NCBI GenBank assembly: GCA_032860995.1
Contig: JAODIG010000001.1
Span: 3,639,829 to 3,703,828, forward strand
Origin: Chroococcopsis gigantea SAG 12.99
GTDB lineage: Bacteria > Cyanobacteriota > Cyanobacteriia > Cyanobacteriales > Microcystaceae
Direction of reading: 5' to 3'
DNA: 64,000 bases
The notes under the pieces were generated by a model, which had not been told where the DNA came from, searched no databases, and saw nothing but the letters and a program-made list of their open reading frames with translations. Positions 6,937-12,862 of this stretch are shown here, piece by piece (positions within the stretch are counted from its first letter, which is position 1; the number at the start of each line of letters is the position of its first letter). A program made the position numbers and the translations under genes.

Positions 6937-7839
6937 ATGAAACTATACTACGCTGAAAGAAAAATAGGAAAACCGACTAACTTTGGCGATATACTCAACG
7001 AATGGTTATGGCCGAAGTTTCTTTTCGACGTTTATCATAAGGGCAACTTCCAAGATATTTTTAATGAAGATGACAGGACAGTTTTAGTAGGGATAGGAAC
7101 ACTATTAAACAAAAAATTAGAACAGAGAACGCCCAACGCACGCTTAAGAATGGTTTTTAGTTCTGGTGTTGGCTACGGCAATTCTTTGGAAAAGTTAGAC
7201 AAAACCTATAAGATATATTGTGTTCGTGGCCCCTTATCCGCCTCTAAATTGCAGCTATCGCCAGACAAAGGCTTAGTGGACGGGGGAGTGATGATCAGGC
7301 GCTATTTCCAGCCCGAAAGGAAAGTAAAGTATAAATATTCTTATATGCCCCATTATGGTTTCGCAGGCCCCGCTTGGGAGAATGTCTGCGAAAGCTTGAA
7401 TTTTGGTTATATAGATCCTTGTTTGCCTGTAGAGGATGTGATGACTAAAATTCGCGAAACGGAAATTTTGCTAACGGAAGCGATGCACGGTGCGATCGCT
7501 GCTGAGGCTTTTCGAGTGCCTTGGGTTCCCATAAAAAGTCATCATACAATTTTGACATTCAAGTGGGAAGATTGGTGCGCCTCGGTCAATTTAAAATATG
7601 AGCCACGGACGCTCGATCGTTTATTTCAACCCAATCCGGTGCAGGATTTAATGACTCCCATCCGCCGAGTGCGCGATTGGAATCGTCAGCGGTTAGCCGC
7701 TCAAGAATTAAAAGCTCTAGCTAATAATTGTCGTCCCGTTTTGGGCGATGAAAATCATCTAGAAAGTCTTACGGTTGAGTTAGAGAATAGACTAGAGCAG
7801 TTAAAGAGCGATTTAAAAACCGGTTATTTACTGTCTTAG
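6937..7839 (+). CDS. ExoV-like polysaccharide pyruvyl transferase family protein, copy 2
   Basis: The 300-aa protein is collinear with copy 1 and most residues are identical. About 25 nt upstream of the ATG (AATCATTAATG) is duplicated too. Confidence 0.55.
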   Translation: MKLYYAERKIGKPTNFGDILNEWLWPKFLFDVYHKGNFQDIFNEDDRTVLVGIGTLLNKKLEQRTPNARLRMVFSSGVGYGNSLEKLDKTYKIYCVRGPLSASKLQLSPDKGLVDGGVMIRRYFQPERKVKYKYSYMPHYGFAGPAWENVCESLNFGYIDPCLPVEDVMTKIRETEILLTEAMHGAIAAEAFRVPWVPIKSHHTILTFKWEDWCASVNLKYEPRTLDRLFQPNPVQDLMTPIRRVRDWNRQRLAAQELKALANNCRPVLGDENHLESLTVELENRLEQLKSDLKTGYLLS

Positions 7840-7907
7840 TTTTTAATTTGAACGCTTAAACAATAAATTTGTTATCTTGAATAAAAAGATTATCGTTAAG
7901 CGTTTCT

Positions 7908-8861
7908 ATGAGTTCTTTTTACATGATTGCGGGCTTTTTATTGTCTGCTTATTCGATCGTCGCTAACGATGCTTTACAAACCTTGGGAACCTTTCTCAGC
8001 GCCAATGAGGATAAGCCGTGGTGGTTACTCTGGTCTTATGCTGGCTTTATCCTCACCACTATATTTATCGCCGGTTGGTTCTTCAACGGTGGAGATCCTG
8101 CTTATGGTAGATTGACAATTATTCCCGTACCCTATGTCTTCACCCCTCTTTATTTAGTACCACCCATAGCTATTTTAATCTTGACCAATTTCGGTATTCC
8201 CGTCAGCACCACCTTTTTAGTTTTAACTATTTTCGCTCCTCAAGCTTTAGACGACATGGTGATTAAATCCCTATTCGGTTACGGGCTGGCTTTTTCTGTC
8301 AGTTTGATCGTGTATAGATTGATAATTGCCAAGGTGGAAGGTTGGTTTATTGCCGATAAAGATAAAGAAATCTCTCCTCTGTGGGTAGTTTTACAGTGGG
8401 TATCCACCGGGTTTTTATGGAGTCAATGGTTAATTCAGGACTTTGCGAACATCTTCGCCTATCTACCGAGACAATTATCTTTACAGTGGTTACTATTCGC
8501 TCTAGGGGTGATGTTACTCCTCCACGCTATTATTTTTATCAATAGAGGCGGCGAAATCGGCAAAATTATCACCAGTAAAACCAATACCCAAGATATTCGC
8601 TCAGCCACTTTTATCAATGTGATTTACGGCTCCATACTTCTATTTTTCGCTCAATACAGTCAAGTACCGATGAGTACCACCTGGGTATTCCTAGGACTTT
8701 TAGCGGGCAGGGAAATCTCTATCAGTTGGAATGGACAGGGACAAACCATGAGAGAGACTCTTACCCTCATAGGTAAAGATGGTGCGAAAGCTTTGCTGGG
8801 TTTGGTTATCAGCGTGATCCTCGCCTATGGCTTACCCTGGTTGATCGGGCAGAATTTATAA
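7908..8861 (+). CDS. Divergent PiT/PHO4-superfamily-like integral membrane protein
   Basis: It is a multi-pass membrane protein. The N-terminal ANDALQTLGTF resembles the PiT GANDVANAxGT motif. Two PxSTT motifs (GIPVSTTF, VPMSTTW) resemble PVSTTH but lack the His. Confidence 0.45.
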   Translation: MSSFYMIAGFLLSAYSIVANDALQTLGTFLSANEDKPWWLLWSYAGFILTTIFIAGWFFNGGDPAYGRLTIIPVPYVFTPLYLVPPIAILILTNFGIPVSTTFLVLTIFAPQALDDMVIKSLFGYGLAFSVSLIVYRLIIAKVEGWFIADKDKEISPLWVVLQWVSTGFLWSQWLIQDFANIFAYLPRQLSLQWLLFALGVMLLLHAIIFINRGGEIGKIITSKTNTQDIRSATFINVIYGSILLFFAQYSQVPMSTTWVFLGLLAGREISISWNGQGQTMRETLTLIGKDGAKALLGLVISVILAYGLPWLIGQNL

Positions 8862-8882
8862 TAAAGTTAATTTTATTCGGGA

Positions 8883-8915
8883 TTTGTATGAGCTTTGTAT
8901 GAGCTTTGTCTGATC
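8883..8915. repeat. Three tandem 11-bp repeats in an AT-rich intergenic spacer
   Basis: TTTGTATGAGC (8883-8893), TTTGTATGAGC (8894-8904) and TTTGTCTGATC (8905-8915). Confidence 0.85.
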
Positions 8916-9067
8916 TCGTAATAATTTAATAGAAAAAAGTAACTATATTTCTATGAGTTTTATGGATTGTGAATTAATTTGTTTGAAATTAAACTCAGTA
9001 TCAACAAAATAAAAAAATATTTCTAACATATTTTGTTAAACAGTCCATAATCACCAAGAGGTACACA

Positions 9068-9652
9068 ATGGCATTAGTTTCTACTTTTGAATTATTACTT
9101 AAATCTCAACTACCCAAATTGGGTAGTGCCGCTGATAATCTCAGCCGTAACATTCTGCAAGGTTATTTTTTAACCATCGCTAACGTCAACTTTTTTGAAG
9201 TAACAGTTTCCATCGTCATAACTTTTAAGTTCCCCATAGACCCTGTTAATCCGACGGCACAACCGCAAACTTTAAAAGATCTTTTAGATGCCGTTGACAT
9301 CTCTGGACAGAATATAATATCTGTCAATTCTCTAACTCCAGAAGTCGCTCCTAATAAAGCCCGATTAACGTTCACTTTGCCTTCTAACTCCACCGGGCTT
9401 CTTTTAATCCAGCCGAATATTCTCGATGAGGTTTTATTGAACGCTCTTAACTTTGAAGCTCGTGGTTATGTAGAAGTTTTCCTCTCCTCTCTTTCTGGTT
9501 CCGATACTGCCACCTTGTTATTAACACCGGAACATCGTGGGACTTTCTTCAAGGATATTAACGGCAAAAACTTGGACGAAAGAGGATTGGATCAGATAGC
9601 CTACGCTTTACCCGTCAGTAACGGTGGAGTTTTTCGGCTTTCTAACGCTTAA
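9068..9652 (+). CDS. Hypothetical protein, no recognisable family (beta-rich, no signal peptide)
   Basis: 194-aa ORF with ATG 9068 preceded by AGAGG. Its codon usage is not obviously aberrant. I recognise no motif. Confidence 0.5.
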   Translation: MALVSTFELLLKSQLPKLGSAADNLSRNILQGYFLTIANVNFFEVTVSIVITFKFPIDPVNPTAQPQTLKDLLDAVDISGQNIISVNSLTPEVAPNKARLTFTLPSNSTGLLLIQPNILDEVLLNALNFEARGYVEVFLSSLSGSDTATLLLTPEHRGTFFKDINGKNLDERGLDQIAYALPVSNGGVFRLSNA

Positions 9653-9761
9653 TAATCCTTTTTAGGTAAAAGCGATCGCACTTTAACGGGGAGTTGACAA
9701 GTAAGCGATCGCTTCTAGGCTGATTCATTCACTCTCAATCATTTAATAAGACGTTGAAAAG

Positions 9762-10649
9762 ATGACAACCCAATTTAGTAAACTTGAATTTATACCCCTG
9801 AACTTTAGCTGGGTTGCCCTTCACCCCGATCCCGAAGGCGTGATCTTTTTTATCGGTGGTGCTTTTTTCGGAACCTTCCCGACTGTTTTTTATCGTTTTT
9901 TCCTTAAAAAACTATTCGAGCGAAAATATACGATCGTGGCTCTACCCTACCGATTTTCTCTCCGTCACTGGTCGATAGCGACGAGCCTAGTAAGAGATCA
10001 AGTTGACTTGAGAGAAAATATGATCCAAGAAGCTAAACGTCGTGGTTACTCTTACAATTTATACAAAGAAAAGCCTACTGAAAAAAATTCTAATTATTTT
10101 TGGTTAGGGCATAGTTTGGGGTGTAAATATATTGCTTTACTGGAGTTACTGACAGATTTAGGGGACGACGGGACAGGATCGAGAGTGAGAGATTTAACCA
10201 GGGGCGACTGTATTCCCGAGCGAGAGCGCAGGCACTTACGAGAATCCCTAGCTGACATATCTTTAAAAGAGATTTCTCTTAAAAGTCAGCCTTCTATTTT
10301 AATGGCCCCGGCGATCGAAGGTCTTGAAGGCGCTATTCCCATTTTCCGTAACGGTGGGTTTAGCGGTCTGAAAAAGTTTTTGAATAGAATTGGTATTAAA
10401 GTGGAACCCTCCCAAAAAGAAACCTTCTGTTTGATAGAACAAGAAACACAATTATTTAACTTAACCAGTCTAATTTACTTTAAAGATGATACGCGAATTG
10501 CCGCCCCTACAGTTAAATGGTTACTGGAAAATATCAGCGGCAGATTAGTTAATAAAAGGGAACTTAAAGGTAAGCATCTCGCCCCTCTCGGTTGGCTCGA
10601 TGGCGATGGAGAAATTGCCATGACAGTCATTGATTTTTTAAAACATTAA
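9762..10649 (+). CDS. DUF1350-type alpha/beta-hydrolase fold protein
   Basis: The N-terminus VALHPDPEGVIFFIGGAFFG and the nucleophile-elbow motif GHSLG are typical of the cyanobacterial/plastid DUF1350 family. Confidence 0.6.
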   Translation: MTTQFSKLEFIPLNFSWVALHPDPEGVIFFIGGAFFGTFPTVFYRFFLKKLFERKYTIVALPYRFSLRHWSIATSLVRDQVDLRENMIQEAKRRGYSYNLYKEKPTEKNSNYFWLGHSLGCKYIALLELLTDLGDDGTGSRVRDLTRGDCIPERERRHLRESLADISLKEISLKSQPSILMAPAIEGLEGAIPIFRNGGFSGLKKFLNRIGIKVEPSQKETFCLIEQETQLFNLTSLIYFKDDTRIAAPTVKWLLENISGRLVNKRELKGKHLAPLGWLDGDGEIAMTVIDFLKH

Positions 10650-10660
10650 TCCCTTCTAGT

Positions 10661-10697
10661 AAAAAAAGCATGATGGTATTCGCCTATCATGCCTTTT
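10661..10697. terminator. Bidirectional intrinsic terminator between convergent genes
   Basis: A run of A (10661-10667), GCATGAT (10668-10674), an 11-nt loop, ATCATGC (10686-10692), then CTTTT. Confidence 0.55.
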
Positions 10698-10713
10698 CCA
10701 TTAACGATCGAGT

Positions 10714-11316
10714 TTATTGATTGAAGGATTTAAGAAGATTATTAGTGGATTCTATCGATCGATTCAACTGTCGGACACCCTCACTCACCTGCGACACCAA
10801 GGCGGTGATTTCGGTATCAGTCACCTTACCCGCATCCTGAGCTAGAGAAGAAATTAAATCGGACATTTCCTCGAAAGCCCCGGAAGAATCGATAAATTTA
10901 CCATCCAATCCGGCCACGAAACCTCTCAGGGATTCTTCCATGTAAGATTGAAAATTCCCGGCCCCGGACTGTAAATCCTTAAACACATCTGCCGATGCCT
11001 TTAAACTCTCTTGATCCGCTTCAATCTCCCTGAGTAACTCTTGACGAACTTCGGGGCTGATTTCCGGGTCAGCTATCTGCTGTAACAGGGATCTCAATTG
11101 GGATATAGTCGTTTTTAGCTCTTTCAAAGTCCCATTAAAAACTCCTTCAGTTTCCTCGATATATTCTTGAGTTACCGATTGAATCAACCCGCCTAACCCT
11201 TGATTCAAAGTATCCTGCCAATGAGTGGCGAGGGCGGGGGCGGGATTGATCAGGCACCCGTAAACCAAAAATAAACCGAGGGACAAAAAGAGTAAAAACC
11301 GCTTACAAATGATCAT
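10714..11316 (-). CDS. Secreted or envelope coiled-coil protein, unknown function (last gene of the four-gene operon)
   Basis: It has an N-terminal signal sequence (FLLFLSLGLFLVYGCLINPAPALA) and is then helical, Glu/Gln/Leu-rich. Its ATG lies 8 nt after the upstream stop codon. Confidence 0.55.
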   Translation of the reverse strand: MIICKRFLLFLSLGLFLVYGCLINPAPALATHWQDTLNQGLGGLIQSVTQEYIEETEGVFNGTLKELKTTISQLRSLLQQIADPEISPEVRQELLREIEADQESLKASADVFKDLQSGAGNFQSYMEESLRGFVAGLDGKFIDSSGAFEEMSDLISSLAQDAGKVTDTEITALVSQVSEGVRQLNRSIESTNNLLKSFNQ

Positions 11317-11324
11317 CTGATACC

Positions 11325-12212
11325 TTAAATTTCAGCGTAGGCACGTTCAACTAAACGACGGGCTAAAGTTTGCACCCCGGTATGTTCGTAATACTTGACC
11401 GATATATCGAGGAAAGCGCCCACATAGTCCAACTTGTCCTTAGAAATATCGACAAATTTCGAGAGATTATTAACCACTCCCGCTTGAGTCAAACTATGGG
11501 CTGAGACAAAACCCTCCATCCAGCCACGGGTGGATTGAAAGCTTTCATTGATAAAGCCCAATTTACCCGCTGTATTACCACCCGGAATCAAATCTTTCAC
11601 CCCTTTAAAGGTTTGATTTTTTTCCAATTCATTAGGTGTGAGACCCCCAATGGCGTTGAGAGCTTTTTCGGTAAAACCCGCGCCTAAAGGCACTAAGCCG
11701 TCGAAGCAAACTAAAGCGGCCATCCGCATCAGAGATTCACCGGAATAATCACCGAGGGAAGCGAGGAAATCACCGATGCTATCCCCTGGAATGCCGTTAA
11801 TCTGACAGAATGCCACTAATTCCGTCACCAGTTTCACCGACAGATCGATGCTTTGTAGTTTCTCCGGTTTCGGGGTGAGATGTTGTAGCATACCTAAAAA
11901 ACCTACATCCTGACCGACACGGTTGGCTATAGCCGCCGCGCCTAACATTCCCGCAGCCGAATCGACGGTTTGATATAACCAGAGGGCGCGCTGATAACCT
12001 TGAGACTTATCGTTGAATAAAGTTACCGCTCTTTCCCCGATTTGTTGAACGAGCGCAGGGTCTGTTTCTCCGGTAACTTCGCGGATAGTATTATCGAAGC
12101 CGACGATATTTTTCCACTGTCCAGGGATGATCACGTCTAAAGATCTCAAAGCCATCACGGTAATGCCGCCGGTGGGCAACTGATCGACTAATTCAAAAAT
12201 AGGTTTACTCAC
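11325..12212 (-). CDS. Hypothetical protein, unknown family (third gene of the operon)
   Basis: 295 aa with a GTG start preceded by GAGGA at an appropriate distance. It has no signal peptide or TM segment. I recognise no motif. Confidence 0.55.
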   Translation of the reverse strand: MSKPIFELVDQLPTGGITVMALRSLDVIIPGQWKNIVGFDNTIREVTGETDPALVQQIGERAVTLFNDKSQGYQRALWLYQTVDSAAGMLGAAAIANRVGQDVGFLGMLQHLTPKPEKLQSIDLSVKLVTELVAFCQINGIPGDSIGDFLASLGDYSGESLMRMAALVCFDGLVPLGAGFTEKALNAIGGLTPNELEKNQTFKGVKDLIPGGNTAGKLGFINESFQSTRGWMEGFVSAHSLTQAGVVNNLSKFVDISKDKLDYVGAFLDISVKYYEHTGVQTLARRLVERAYAEI

Positions 12213-12239
12213 AATTTAATCCTCAGATGATGGGTATGA

Positions 12240-12845
12240 TTAAGTAGCGGGCTGGGGCACTAATTGACGTGTAGGTGCCGGAACAAATTTAGCCGTTTTT
12301 TGAGGTGCTAATTTGTTTGCGGTTGTCTGGGGTAGTGCGGGTAGTTTCGCCAATCCTTTCAAGTCGAATTTTTGTAACCAGCTCACGCGCTCGTCACGGG
12401 TAAATTCGGGGTCGCGGGAGAGAACTTTTACCTGATAGCGATCGTTGACGAGGAGGCCGGTGGTAGTAGTGCCCTGCTCCACCGTGGGATAGTTAGCCAC
12501 TTTCGCCGTGCTATTACGATACTTCTCGGCGGCGGCTGGTACGCTGACCGTATCGTTGATAGATAACATGGCGACGGTTTTGCCATCCTTGTTAACTTTG
12601 TACTCGGCGAAACCTTTTTTCTCTTGAGTGGGGATAATATCGTATCCTTTTACTTTATCTGGAAAAAATTTATTGAATTGAGCGCCTTGCTCAGCGGGTT
12701 TAGCGACCGCGGGAGCCGCTCCCCGCCCTGTGGTTTCTTTTTGTACTTGTGCGTAGGGCGAGGGAGCCTTGGCGCAGGCCGATACGAACAGGACACAGGA
12801 CAACAGGAAGGCTATCAAGGCTTTTTTAGAAAATGCACCGAACAT
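12240..12845 (-). CDS. Conserved lipoprotein of unknown function (paralogue of 1166..1672)
   Basis: The start was trimmed to ATG 12845, with GGAG 8-11 nt upstream (the track's start at 12866 is TTG). The lipobox is FVSA-C and the mature N-terminus is APSPYAQVQKETT. Confidence 0.65.
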   Translation of the reverse strand: MFGAFSKKALIAFLLSCVLFVSACAKAPSPYAQVQKETTGRGAAPAVAKPAEQGAQFNKFFPDKVKGYDIIPTQEKKGFAEYKVNKDGKTVAMLSINDTVSVPAAAEKYRNSTAKVANYPTVEQGTTTTGLLVNDRYQVKVLSRDPEFTRDERVSWLQKFDLKGLAKLPALPQTTANKLAPQKTAKFVPAPTRQLVPQPAT

Positions 12846-12862
12846 AAATTTTACTCCGTAAT

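Noticed and set aside
8883-8915. The 11-bp tandem repeats considered as a CRISPR or mini-array.
   Set aside because: The repeats are contiguous with no spacers, only 11 bp long and three copies. No cas genes are present in the window. I kept them as a possible regulator-binding repeat instead.
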